A DNA stretch of 63,758 nucleotides, counting the filler, from Conidiobolus incongruus B7586 (lineage: Eukaryota): assembly GCA_000697335.1 (NCBI GenBank). It is 7 parts of 7 records of this genome, joined end to end, with 100 filler letters (N's around TTAATTAATTAA, not from the genome) between each part and the next. Parts side by side here need not be neighbours in the genome. Positions count along the whole stretch, not along the records: positions 13,986 to 20,121 come from JNEM01006970.1; positions 20,222 to 51,085 come from JNEM01006974.1; 5 more parts are not named here. One strand, 5' to 3'. Numbering within the stretch: position 1 is the stretch's first letter; the number at the start of each line of letters is the position of its first letter. A program made the position numbers and the translations under genes. This document shows, one piece after another, positions 14,805-27,321 of this stretch. The notes beneath the pieces were generated by a model. That model saw nothing but the letters and a program-made list of their open reading frames with translations, was not told the origin of the DNA and ran no database searches.

Positions 14805-15779
14805 CTATATCGAAATATTCGAATATATATTTTCTTCATCAGTTTCAATACTGTTCTTAGGTATATTTCCTAGAACTTTGACCAAAAATGGGAACATTTC
14901 TAGCAAGGCTCTTTTCACAGGTGCTTCAAGTTCAATAAATAAAATACTATTAATAATTGGGTTAAAATTCATCAGACACGTCGATATAAAATCCATTTTA
15001 ACAGTACGAGTTTCCTTAGTTATCATTTCACCCCACGTATTGAAGCATTCGAGACCGTTACCAGCTAAATAGAGTGCTAAGAACAAGATATCTCTCCATA
15101 TTGCTCTTTTGAAATGGGTCATGACTTCCGACTTCCCTGGATATAAATCTTTAATATCACTGCGAGCTATTCGACTTTTGACAACTGCAATACTCAAATA
15201 GGAATAAATAGCAACACTCAAACTAAATACCATAATGCAACCATACCAACAAATTGTAAAGTATCCTACCTTATCTACGGGGGTCGACATACAGTATATA
15301 GCCAAGTCAGCTAATCCAATTTCATTTAAACCAACCGATACCAGATTCGGAGAGTAAAAATATAAAAATTCAAAAATCATGAATCCGACCCAAAATTTAC
15401 TGGAAAGTGGTCTCTTATGCACGATGACAGCTGCACGCTCCAAACTCAACAAGCCCACAAACCACGCGGAAATATATGTACTACCAATATAAAATATATC
15501 ATTGGTTGAGCACATCCACCTTGCCTTAGCAATATACTTACCATTGATAAAAGCAGTCAATCCCATTACCAAGAAAGTGCAAGTGGTAATAAAATCCATT
15601 ATTAAAATACCCAGACTGATTTTTAAATTTGGAGAGGTCTTCTTTTTAAACAGTTTTAACGAACTTATGAGCAGCATGAAAGTAATCGGTATACCTATTA
15701 AACCAAACACTAAAAATATGATTGCTAAAGGTTTGTAATATTTGGGTCTGTGTCTGTAAATTTCAAGGTTCGTTGTCAT
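14805..15779 (-). CDS. Rhodopsin-like (class A) 7-transmembrane GPCR-like protein, intronless
   Basis: Seven hydrophobic segments, WMC before TM3, LSLER (DRY/ERY-like), a YC cysteine in ECL2, and NPIIN in TM7 (NPxxY-like). Confidence 0.8.
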   Translation of the reverse strand: MTTNLEIYRHRPKYYKPLAIIFLVFGLIGIPITFMLLISSLKLFKKKTSPNLKISLGILIMDFITTCTFLVMGLTAFINGKYIAKARWMCSTNDIFYIGSTYISAWFVGLLSLERAAVIVHKRPLSSKFWVGFMIFEFLYFYSPNLVSVGLNEIGLADLAIYCMSTPVDKVGYFTICWYGCIMVFSLSVAIYSYLSIAVVKSRIARSDIKDLYPGKSEVMTHFKRAIWRDILFLALYLAGNGLECFNTWGEMITKETRTVKMDFISTCLMNFNPIINSILFIELEAPVKRALLEMFPFLVKVLGNIPKNSIETDEENIYSNISI

Positions 15780-16476
15780 TTTTTAATTCAAATAAATATT
15801 ACTTCTAATTGATTTTTAAGAATAACTATCATTTTATTTACAAAGTTTGTTACATTCTAATACCTAATTTAATCCTTTGTAGCAAACTGGTAATTCGTCC
15901 AATTTTTGGGAGTTAAATTTGGGATCCAAATAAGAAATATTAAATTTTATAGTACTAGTATATCACAATTTGTCACATAGTTAACTATATCAAATTTTGT
16001 ATATTCTTATTGGATTTTTGACTATTGACCTTTTAGCAAATATTCTCAATATATATTAATATATGGGAAATGTCAACTCAATATCATAATATATAAATAA
16101 ATTATAATATAAAACTAGAAGCAAACTCTAATATAAATTTGATTAATGTCCAACTGTGGTAAATTGTTTAAATTGGTTCTAAATTGTTATATTTTTGCTA
16201 TCAATGAGTTCATACTGAGTCCAAAAAAGTTAAGAATTTATTTCTAACCATAAAAATGATAACCAATTTTATCAATAATAATTTCCACAAATTTAAATTG
16301 GGAAATTTTAATATTTTTGGTAATAATGAAGAATAAATAAATTTTAATATAAATTGTAAAAGTAAGATTATAGAAACTATTAAATGGTATATGTTTTTAT
16401 ACAATAATTAGTAAATTAAAATCAAGTTTGTTTAATATCTATTATGCTCTTTAGCAATTGAATGATATTAAGAATA

Positions 16477-16972
16477 TATCAACTACCTCTAAGACCCGCC
16501 AATGAGGAGCTGAAGAATTCACCACGAGGTCATCGCATTGATGTATAAGAATTCCCCCAACTCATTAGTAGGCACACGCGCATTATCCAACGATTACCTC
16601 CCGTAGTTAACCAAGTTTCTCCCCAGCTAACCATCACATGTAAAAGGGCAAATGCTAGTCCAAATATTTATGTCTTTGAAGACTCTACAAGGGGAGCTTT
16701 CTTGAACATTGCAAGAGGGAAAAGAAAATGTAACATTACCATTATAATATTCAATTAATCTAAATAAAGTACTATAACTTTGAGGAAACTGTTTCACTAA
16801 TCCTTGGATCTTTTTAAAGGAATGACCAGAATAGCTCATGCAGCTATTCTGATGTGTTCTATTATATTTTCTGGTCCTATAGTAATTGTTTTATTTATCT
16901 TGAGTTGTTTGGGGACTTTTAGATTTTCCTAATATAATCCTGTTTTAGGTAATATCACCCTGACTCGTCACA
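16477..16972 (-). mobile_element. Solo LTR (~496 bp) with 5-bp TSD GAATA
   Basis: GC-richer island. Minus strand starts TGTGACGAGTCAGG (similar to the family A start) and ends GTTGATA. GAATA occurs at 16472-16476 and 16973-16977. Orientation inferred. Confidence 0.65.
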
Positions 16973-18892
16973 GAATATAAAATAAAATCCAGAATTTTGA
17001 ATTATTTGATTAATTATATCATTCTTAGCTCAATACAAATCCATTCTAAACATATTTATATATTGTTACAACTAAAAGATAAATACTAAAATTGCAAATT
17101 AAAAAAAATTATAAATATTTTTATAGGTTATATCGCTATCAAAAGTCATTACTATAATTATAAAATTTATCTAATATTCAAATTTCAATAAGATTCAAGA
17201 CTTTTTTTGATTATTCTAAATAGTTTTTTTGCATAAATCAAGGTAATCAATGTATTGAATCAAGTTAACCTCAGAATCAAATATAAAATTGAATTTGAAA
17301 TAATAAACTTATCCTATTAGTGATCTAATTATGTAAATTAACATATCTTTAAATTCTTAAACATTAGTTGATTAGCTATAAAATTTGAAATACCAGCATT
17401 GGTAACTAAAATATCAAATTTGTTTGGGTAATTTCTAAAATTGAATATGAATCAATTAGCAATTACCATATATGGTAATAACTATTTCCAAATTTTTTTG
17501 AAATCGAATTTAATCATCAATTTTGTTTTATATTGTATTTAGTGTTAATCATTTTATATCATAAATAACTACATTTCTCAATAATCCATATTTTATAAAA
17601 TCATAATAAATAATAACCATAAATATTATTTTGAAGTTTATAATAATTAATTTACATAGAGTTTTTAATAAATATTATTTGATTTTTTGTAATAGTAAAT
17701 AAAAATTTGAATTAATGTGGACTAAGATAGCAATATAGTTAAATTTGTCAATATATAAAATAATTTCAAGTACACTCAATATCAATATTAAATAAATATT
17801 ACAAAAATGTTAAAACTTTCAACTTAAATTCTATTCAATCTTACGGAATAATTATTTCAAAATTAATACTTATAAAATACTTTTAAAGATTATTCAATGC
17901 GCACAAATATTATGGGTGTTTATTCACAAACTTGAAATAATATTTTATAAAATTATAATATTAGATGATCTAGCTAATAATAATAATAAAATATGCAAAA
18001 ATTGAAATAATTAATTAATTCTAATACATAATCAAGATTTCTTTCAATTTTTAATTTAATACAAAGAAATTGATCTACCAAATAAAAATAAAATTTTGTT
18101 TATTATTTATTCATATAAATAAAAATTAAATTATTTGAATACTTTAACATTATCAAATGACTGATTTCAGAATTTCTTTAATGTTCTATAAAAAATTCTT
18201 TTATATAATATTATACATTATATTACCTAGTTTTGAGTATTTGAATTAAATAATATCCAAAATAAATAATCAATTTTATAATACAATATTCAGTATTTGA
18301 ACACACTAAAAAAATACTAATTAATATAATAGTAAAACAATAGTTTAGTTTATAATTATTACCATTTTGGAATTGTTGTTTATATTATAATCTATTCAAA
18401 ATCTAGTTAATCTCCTCCTTCTACTTTATTATATTGTATCTTCATTAATTTTACTACTTGAAGTTGTTTACCCAATAATGGTTTGAATATATATGATCTT
18501 TATATTAATCAATTATTAAATACTAACTTATCTAAATACAGGTTCAAATCAATATATTATATATGTGTGTATATATTTTAAATCATTGAAAAATCAATTA
18601 AAAATCATAAATACTTCAATAATCAGCAGGTGCTTTTTAAAAAATTGAGCAATTGATCAATATTTATAAAATTAATAGCTTATTTTGAATTACAAACTTA
18701 AGAGTATAATATAATTTCTTGACTTGATTATTTGTATAACTTAACTAGTTTAAAGAGTTGATGAATATTGATATAAAATAAACCACAATTATTTGAATTA
18801 GTCAATTATTAAAATAACCAAACATTATTAAGTATAATAATCAATATAAATAGTTAAAATATTAAATATGTATAATTTATTTATAATGAAAT

Positions 18893-20121
18893 TATTATTT
18901 TGTAATTTAAATAATGGGAATTTTTTGCAATTAAAAAAAAGTAAACATTTTAATATATAAAAAATAAAAATAAAAATATATTATAAAATTAATAATTTTT
19001 TTATTTCTAATAACTTTTTGCTATATTTTTAATAAAGATCCAACACCTAAAAAATAATTCTTTTTATTAAAGACTAAAATTTAATATTTCACAAACCAAT
19101 TAAATTTTCCTGTAAAGATTTTCTTTCCTATAAGCTAGTTTTTTAATTGCTTAAAACAAATATAATTACATAGGTTATAATTTAAAGAATATACTTAATG
19201 TGGTAGTTTTTTCTAGTTATTTTTAATTAAAAAGTTTTTTATAACTTTAAATTTATGTATTTTACAATTATTATGTAAAATAATAGGTTTTGTTAAATTA
19301 TATTAAGAATACTAATTAAAAATAATTTTATTTAAAAAAAAATATAAAGTTTATTATTAATTGATTTTCTTTGAAAAATTAAATAAAAATAGTATATGCT
19401 ATTATAATTTATTATAACAATTAACATTTGTTTATTAATAAAGTGTTTATTTAAAGGAATTTATAGAGGGGGTTGATTTAATTTAATCTAACACTTTAAT
19501 TTATGTTTTAATAAAAGATTATATAAAAGAATTTAAAACTTATTAATTATAATAATTTACTATAAAAACTTTAGTTTCTAGTTATACTTTAGTAAGTTTT
19601 ATTTAACAATAGCTACTCTAACTTTTTTTTAAGTTTTAGTTAAATTATAAGGTATTTATTTTATATTTTTATTAATTAATTTTAATTTAAACTTTAATAT
19701 ATATAAAATACTTGTGTAACTAATATTAAAATGTTTTAATAATTTTTTAGCTGAAATAAAAAGGTTCTTTTCAATATATTTTTTTATTTTATTAATAATT
19801 AAAAAAATAACAATTAAAATTAATTATTTAAATTTTAATAGGTTTTAAGTAATTTTTTTTAGCTTTAAAGTAATTTACTTAGTAATAAATTGTTAATTTA
19901 GATAATACTTTATTACTAAAAACTGTTTGTAAATTTTAAATAATCTTAAAGGGTTTATGGTTAAGTTTTACTAATACTAAAATAAAAAACTTTTGATAGT
20001 TATTATTTAGTTTAAGTATGATTAAATTAAACAACTAATTTTAAAAAATTATTTTTTTTAATCAAAAAAGTTATTATATATATATATATATATATATAAT
20101 TTAAAACTATTTATTTTCCTA
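18893..20121 (-). mobile_element. Mariner DD34D transposon copy, heavily mutated, truncated by gap
   Basis: TIR tattattttgtaatttaaataatgggaattttt. Colinear with 59251-60503 and the reverse complement of 52481-53799. Confidence 0.85.
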
Positions 20122-20221
20122 NNNNNNNNNNNNNNNNNNNNNNNNNNNNNNNNNNNNNNNNNNNNTTAATTAATTAANNNNNNNNNNNNNNNNNNNNNNN
20201 NNNNNNNNNNNNNNNNNNNNN

Positions 20222-20793
20222 CTTTTATTTAAAAATATTACAAAACATCAAATTAAATTATAATAGCCTTTTTATAAACTTTAAAAATTAATTACTATAA
20301 TAAATTATAATAATATATGGTTTTTAATTAAATTTTTAAATATAAGTAAAAAAATAATAGTTTTATTTTTTTTATATTCAACAATTTTTGATAATTTTAT
20401 AATAAATTAATATATATTATTTAAACCTAAAATTGAAAAACAATTATAATAAAATTTGTAAAAGGCTCTCTATATAAAAAAATTAAAAATACTACCATAC
20501 ATATTATATTCACCTGATAAATAACTTGCAAAATTATGATTTTTAATATAATTAAAAAATTTGGATAGGAGAAAATTGCAATAAATAAATTTAATTGGTT
20601 CATATAACATCAAATTCCTATCTTTACAAAAACTGTTTTTTAAGTGTTAAAGCTTGCGAAATGTATGGTAAAATATCATTAAAGATAAAAAAGTATTAAT
20701 TTTATAATATTATTTGAATTCTATATCATCTAATAAAAATTATATGAAAATTTTGATTTTAAAATTTTGCCATTATTTAATTTTGTAATAATA
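20222..20793 (+). mobile_element. Diverged mariner remnant (3' half)
   Basis: Reads KILPYILYSPD (mariner LPHPPYSPD) and has a TIR-like end gccattatttaattttgtaataata. Confidence 0.6.
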
Positions 20794-22309
20794 ATGAAAA
20801 TTTCAATCAGAATTTATCCAAATATATTAATTACCTGGATTTAACTGTACAAGATTTTTGGGATATATTTTAATATATTCTTTATCATAATATATTAATG
20901 ATTATAGTATCATTTAAATCAAATTAAGGCTATGGATCAGTTCATTAGTTCTATAATGACAGTAATAAGGACAAATATAATTAAAAATATATATAGATTT
21001 AAACTATTAAAATTAGAGTTTTTCTTAGTTCGGTTTATTCCTTTTTCATGCTAAAACGATAAAATCATGTTGTAAAAATTAAATGCTTTGTTGAGGGATG
21101 AAGAAATTAATAATGTTCAAGTTAACTAAAAAAGGACTGACCGTTTAAAATGTATCAAGAATATAAACTAATGTATTCATATATTAACCGAGCAAAATCA
21201 TTATGATCAAATAAAATACTAAAACCCCTGATTAGTAAAAATTAAAATGAAATTGACAAGAACAAGTGAAAAAAATTCAGATATAATAACATACCTTAAT
21301 ACAATATTTAATACATTTACAATCATTCCTCGTTAGAAATATTTAATATGATTTGATGATTGAAATAGCTTCTTTTATTTAAGGTAGTGACTTGAATTTG
21401 ATATTTGAATTTGATATATTTATTTTGTTTGTCTAATAATTTCAATATTTGTCTATTTAAAATACTATTTTATAAATGAAATAAAGTTAAACTTTTAATG
21501 ATATTATATATTTACAAATGCTATTGGCGTAAATAGAATATTGACTCCTTTCATAAGGAAAAATAAAAATTTTACAGTGCCAAATAACAATATTTTTATT
21601 TATTCATATTAACCTGACCCCATGAGCGATATAACCAAATTCATATATATGTTAACTTAAATCATATTGAATATTGAGTAGTTGAAAAAAATTAAAAATT
21701 GACTTTTAGTATAGGTTCAGATTAAATTTTTAAAATTGGCTAATCGAATCTAGTAAAACCGAATAACTGAAGCTAAAAAATGCGGTTCAAATTAAAGGAG
21801 TGATTGACTAATCATCTAAGAATAAAATGACCGTTATCAAAAACTAGGATGACGTTATGAATTAATACCTTAAAATTTATAGGCAATTTTTAATTGAAAA
21901 TTTTATTTGAAAGGTTGATTTCAATTGACAGGTTTTGAAGGCAAAGGTTGGAGAATTTCATCCCCTTTCCTTAATTAATATTATTATATTGTATATTCAT
22001 AATTGATAGATATTAATTTTACTTTTTATATTAACATACTTTAGTCTATTAATTTTCAAATTTAATCTATTTTATTTTTTTATTAATTCTTCATACATGT
22101 AAAAAATTTTAGTTTTGAATTTTTGAAAACTTTTCTAAAAGGGTTGAACTAAGAAAATATTTTATTCCCCTATTAAGAACAATTCACAAGTTTTATCCGA
22201 TTATAGTAAAGCTAATTTTTAAAATTACAATTTTTTATTAATAAAATAAAAGTGTATAAATACATTATTGATATCTAACAAAAACTTAAAAATATCATAA
22301 TTTTCAAAA

Positions 22310-23800
22310 ATGAATACCAATAATCAATCCATCAACGCATCAATGAGACTCAAAAATGATTTAGGATGCCGTTGTAACTACTTTGAATCAATGAAAAATT
22401 GCTCCAAATTAGCTGCAGTTATGTGTTCGAAAATTGTTAATGAACTCAATCATTTCATTCCTGATTATGTTGGTAACTCCGCAGTTATTGAATTGGCCGA
22501 GGCCTCTAGTGGATATGAAGAGCCTTGCAAGCACCTTTCGGTTATTCGTTGCGTGTGCAAAGGAACTGGATGTTCATTATGCTCAAAAGAAATTGAAGAT
22601 GCTAATCGATCTCAAAACTCAGACTACCTTAATCCTGATCCAAGCCAGCTTCAAATGAATTGGGAGCGGTTTCAATCAAGATATGAAGACCTCGAAAAAG
22701 ATTGGTCCCAAAAAGAAGAAAACCATTGCTTAGTCCATAATGAACTCAAATCCATGTTATTTAGACGCAGAAGTCATACTCAAACCAAAGGTACTATCGG
22801 TAAAATAGTTAACTCCTGGTGCAGATGTAATACCAGTAACGGAGTATGTGTATTTGACAATCTACCTAAACAAGCAAAATCTTGTGGAGCTCAAATGGCT
22901 AGTATGGAATTTATTCTTAATCAAATTGCTAAGAAGAAATATACTCAGGATCCCAATCAATCTAAAGAAATTCGAGGTCATGTTTACAAAATCAACCGTA
23001 AACCTGGACTTAGTATTCTCTATGGCGGTATGTTAATAAGTTCGAATGCCGAATGCGGGTATAAAGATGCTTGTTTCGGATACGGTGTACAATACTCCAC
23101 TGCATATCTTTTTGAAATGGATAAAGCTTTTGGTAATATCAAGGGCAATGCTTTCGACTATGAAGGCGTTTCAGAAGAAGATATTCATTCGATTAACCTA
23201 CAATTATTAGAATCTGCCTGTGATGATAACTGTAGAGGACAAATTCTAAATATATATGACTCATTTGTAATAAGCTTAGTTGCTTCTGGAAGACTTGCAA
23301 GAGATGGAGCATATATCAATATGAATTCGATGTTATGTGCAGTAGTATCTCAGACTATGCATGATGTAGTTGATTTTTTTAAGGATGTAGAAGAAAACCA
23401 TACTACATTTATTAGGTCATTGGCTGCATATTATGGACTCCGTCAAGCTTCAAATATTATGGCCAAAATATGCCAAAAGCTCTTGAATACTGAATTGGTT
23501 GGAGCTGGTGAGTCTTTATTATATAGTATATTAGTTTGGAAAGTGATATGGTTGGATACTAAGGTCTATAGCGAGTTGGTTGCTGTGCTTGGAATCCCAT
23601 TCAATGATATTCCTTTATTCACAAATGCTTCTTTAATTGAGCGAGAAGAATTGCAGTTGAAGTACTTAACTGAATATAGAAACATTCTTTGGTTAAATTT
23701 CAAGAAATTGTTGCAAGATGAGAATTGGTGGTACCATATAATTGTTGACAATAGTGCCGTATACACTTTGATTCGATACTCGAATTCTCCAGAATATTAA
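22310..23800 (+). CDS. Uncharacterised 496-aa protein: Cys-rich N-terminus, helical C-terminal half with an Asp-rich HDVVDFFKD motif (possible isoprenoid-synthase-like fold)
   Basis: Long intronless ORF with coding-like GC in AT-rich surroundings. The function is speculative. Confidence 0.75.
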   Translation: MNTNNQSINASMRLKNDLGCRCNYFESMKNCSKLAAVMCSKIVNELNHFIPDYVGNSAVIELAEASSGYEEPCKHLSVIRCVCKGTGCSLCSKEIEDANRSQNSDYLNPDPSQLQMNWERFQSRYEDLEKDWSQKEENHCLVHNELKSMLFRRRSHTQTKGTIGKIVNSWCRCNTSNGVCVFDNLPKQAKSCGAQMASMEFILNQIAKKKYTQDPNQSKEIRGHVYKINRKPGLSILYGGMLISSNAECGYKDACFGYGVQYSTAYLFEMDKAFGNIKGNAFDYEGVSEEDIHSINLQLLESACDDNCRGQILNIYDSFVISLVASGRLARDGAYINMNSMLCAVVSQTMHDVVDFFKDVEENHTTFIRSLAAYYGLRQASNIMAKICQKLLNTELVGAGESLLYSILVWKVIWLDTKVYSELVAVLGIPFNDIPLFTNASLIEREELQLKYLTEYRNILWLNFKKLLQDENWWYHIIVDNSAVYTLIRYSNSPEY

Positions 23801-24287
23801 TTACTAATTTTGTCGATTTAAATATTATGAAATTCTGTTATATCAATAAAACAACTGAATATCATTGTTTAAATAATATGAGTATATTTTTGATGAGAAA
23901 TCAATTTCACTTTGTCATTCATATTGTAAACTAAGCTATTACTTATAAAACTTTAATTTTTAACAATTGATATTTATATGGTTATATTATTAACTTTAGT
24001 TAAAATAATAATTTATGAAATGGTATAAATTGCTGATGCTCAGAGCATAAAGAATATCTAATCAATAATTATTGAATCATATGATTTTGTTTTCTTATAT
24101 CAAATAAATAAAATAAACCAATCCCTCAAAAAGAATTGGTATAGAAATAAATGTGCAAACCCTGAGAATCATAATAATGAAAATGAATGGATAATGAGTT
24201 CAAAATTCATCAAAAATCCTTACATCAAACTTTAATAATAAATGTTAAATGTTAAATGTTGAAACAACTATTATTGGGTAGGGAAGA

Positions 24288-24872
24288 TGTGATGATCCCC
24301 TTTTCAAATGAACTATCAGATTTTTATGTTATTCAACTGGTGGCTGGAGTTTTCGATAAGACATCACGTCAGAGGTAGATTCATAATCCACCTCCTGAAA
24401 TTTGGCAACAATAAAATAGATAATAATTGTTACCACCATAACTTCCAACTTCGAGCTGATTCCCTATTCCCACAGTTCCACCTTGAGTGGAACCTCGAGA
24501 ATTTTAGCCGGATCCTTGATTAATCAGAACACTTCGTAACCACCACTTCGGTCTACTCTTGATCAACAGCCTTAACGCACGATGGTGGGGTTCACACAGA
24601 CACACATATCTCTTCGCGACCATCATCTTCAATCCTAAATCCCCTTCAGTTTTCACGAAAGTATAAAAAATAAAAGTGTTTTGGATCTAATTTAATTGGC
24701 AAATAAACACTAATTTGAACTCGCTTTTATTGGTTAACCTTGCCCAGCGCCCCTATAGTCAAATATTTGCAACTCCACTGGCCAACGACCTGATTAAGCA
24801 CTCTCGCCTCAACTTTAGCGTGCTTATTCAAGCTCTGACGATGCATCTGATTTGTTGAATTTCCCCCATCAC
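24288..24872. mobile_element. Possible solo LTR or other TE fragment (~585 bp)
   Basis: CpG-containing GC island with imperfect inverted ends TGTGATG...CATCACC and an internal TATAAAAAATAAAA. No TSD and no second copy in the window. Confidence 0.35.
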
Positions 24873-25000
24873 CTTTTCTGATTCACTGATTGCAACAAAA
24901 ATAAAATTTCAATTAGATTATTTTAAAATTCATGAAAATATGTCAATGCTCATTTGCTAACACAATTTATTTTATAATAAAAATGAATATAAAATTCAGA

Positions 25001-26430
25001 TTATAGGCTTTTAAAATCCGATCTCAAATTGTATAGCAAATGTCAAATTGATAGCAACTAGCAAAGGTTTCTCAATTAAAATCTAGATGAATTGAAAAGG
25101 TATCATTTAATAAGATATCAAATTATTTTCATCACTATTCCCTGTCTCTGCAAATCTTCATCCAAGTCACATTTTATTTCATCCTCCAAATGAAAACCGA
25201 TTAGAATTTGGGTTTTTAGTATTAATCCTTCAATTTGAAAATTTTGTAGTATCAAACTCATTGGAATTTGTGAAATAATCAGGATTTGGATGAGTGGAAT
25301 AAATGTTAGTATAGATTTTGGTACCAGCTGGAATCAATACCCCATTATGACAATAATCTTTCTTGCAAATTAAATTTGGCAAAGTGGCTGCAATTGGATA
25401 AAGTTTCATCACTTCTTCAATGACAGCATCTAAGCATATTAAATTACCAAGCTGCTCATGTGTTGTAATTTTCAACGTCCTGTCTTCATATACTTTATCT
25501 CTTAAAACCGAAATAACCTCTTTTCTCAATATATTCTGAATCTCAGAATATTCAGCAATTTGATGAAGGAAAGCATTTAAAGTTGATATTATCATGACCT
25601 GTAAGCAAAAATGCAAATATATAGTTTGTAATTTCTTCTAGCTATTATAATCGGATATCAATGATACTGTCAAGATGTCATTAGTTGTTTGATTTCCATT
25701 GAATTTAGAAGCCCTCTCCTTTTTGGTTCGAATAAATTCTTCCATATATTCGTGAGCATTTTTTAAATCTCTATATACATGAGCTCTCGACGGTTTTTAA
25801 GGTCGGTCCAAAGATGGGAAACCAAAATCAAATAACTCAGAAATCGAATTAAAGATACAATAAAGAGCATAGAAAATATAAGTTTTTAATTGGATAAAAT
25901 TGCATTGAACTTTTATTAATTAATTCCTTCCCAAAAATTTTTAATCTTTCATTGATTAAAATATTGATGTCAAAATTAACTGTGCCAAAATGATTTTATC
26001 TTTGGAAATACTCTTCAACATATTCAGCATCCATACCGAGATTTCATGGTTTTTTGAATGCTGGATTGATATAATTTCTATATCTTTTCCGAAGTTTAGA
26101 ACTACAAAAATCTATCCGAACTCCAAGGATGTATTGTATAGTGTGTTAGATAAGAAGTTATAAAAATGAATCTTTTCAAAAACATTATGATCTGTACTCA
26201 TTCTCTTGAATAAATCAGTATCTCCATTTATAATGGCCCGATCACTTCCAAGTAATACTCTCATGGTTTTGTTATTATGATATAGATCAATGAACTATCA
26301 ATTTGGTGAATGAGGGATACTATGCTGATAGTTTCCGAAATAGAATAATTGAGAGGAAATAGTTGAATATATTGTATATAGTGATTCAAAAAACAATATT
26401 AAATATTTTGTAAATGACAAAATGATCACT
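25001..26430 (-). pseudogene. Cytochrome P450 pseudogene
   Basis: K-helix LDAVIEEVMKLYP and IPAGT. The heme loop reads FSFGG*NKM*LG*RFA (Cys codon changed to a stop). Multiple stops and frameshifts. Boundaries approximate. Confidence 0.85.
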
Positions 26431-26611
26431 TTTTATTCATTATATATATTTACCTTTCAATATATGGTATACAATTATATAAGCTAATATAATATTATCT
26501 ATTATTAAAAAAATCTATAATTAATATAAATTTTCGAATAAAAAATACAATATATTTTTTTTATTTTTGACCTTGGTATTTTGATGAGATTGATTTCTAA
26601 AATTTGTTGAG

Positions 26612-26952
26612 TGTCATGAGTCAGGATCCTGCTCTCCTACTTAATATGCTCACTTCAACTAAATATAAGGGTCATTTTCCCCTCCACATGATCAGCCCCT
26701 TCTGCTCTATCCTTTAATTTGCTAGAGATACAAGACAACCGAAAACTCATTAAATCCCCTTACTCTATTCACTCTATATAAAACCCAGAATTAGATCTAT
26801 CTTGAGAATGACAAGCTCTATCTGGGTCCTCCCAGCTATCTGCTTTAAACCAATAAACTCCCTCTCTCCCTATCAGTTACCTGGTATTCACCAGATCTCT
26901 CTCTCTTTTATTCAAACTACTCAGGACGCAGCTTTCCCAAGATGTGTTAATA
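26612..26952 (+). mobile_element. Solo LTR, family A (~341 bp)
   Basis: Starts TGTCATGAGTCAGG, contains CTATATAAAACC and AATAAA, and ends GATGTGTTAATA. Homologous to the reverse complement of 12665-13002. Confidence 0.8.
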
Positions 26953-27129
26953 GAAACACCTTAGTTAGATTTTCTCATTGGTTCAAAATAATTTTATTCA
27001 TACAATGAAAAAATAAATAATTTAATAATATGTATATTGTATTGATTCCAAATATATATAATTTTTTGGTTGGTGTTTTTCTAGAATTTTGTTATAATTT
27101 AACTTTTCACTACAAATATTAAGTATATT

Positions 27130-27321
27130 TATAACAGGGTCAATGTAAACAGTGTGAGCAAAAAGTCCTCATTTATTTCATGATGTTTCCCAGTTTTATA
27201 TGTAAAAGTTGAGGATAGTTCAAAGATAAAGATAAGATAAGATAAAATAGATAAAGAAGATAAGGTAAGAAGATATGATTGACAGTGTTATGATGATGAC
27301 AAAATGATCTGATCCATCACA
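27130..27321 (-). mobile_element. Solo LTR, family B (192 bp) with 5-bp TSD ATATT
   Basis: Minus strand TGTGATGGATCAGATC...CTGTTATA matches the LTR at 58348-58565. ATATT lies on both sides (27125-27129, 27322-27326). Confidence 0.85.

Noticed and set aside
27222..27270. (GATAA)n-like repeat
   Set aside because: Internal part of the family B LTR, not a CRISPR array or an independent satellite.
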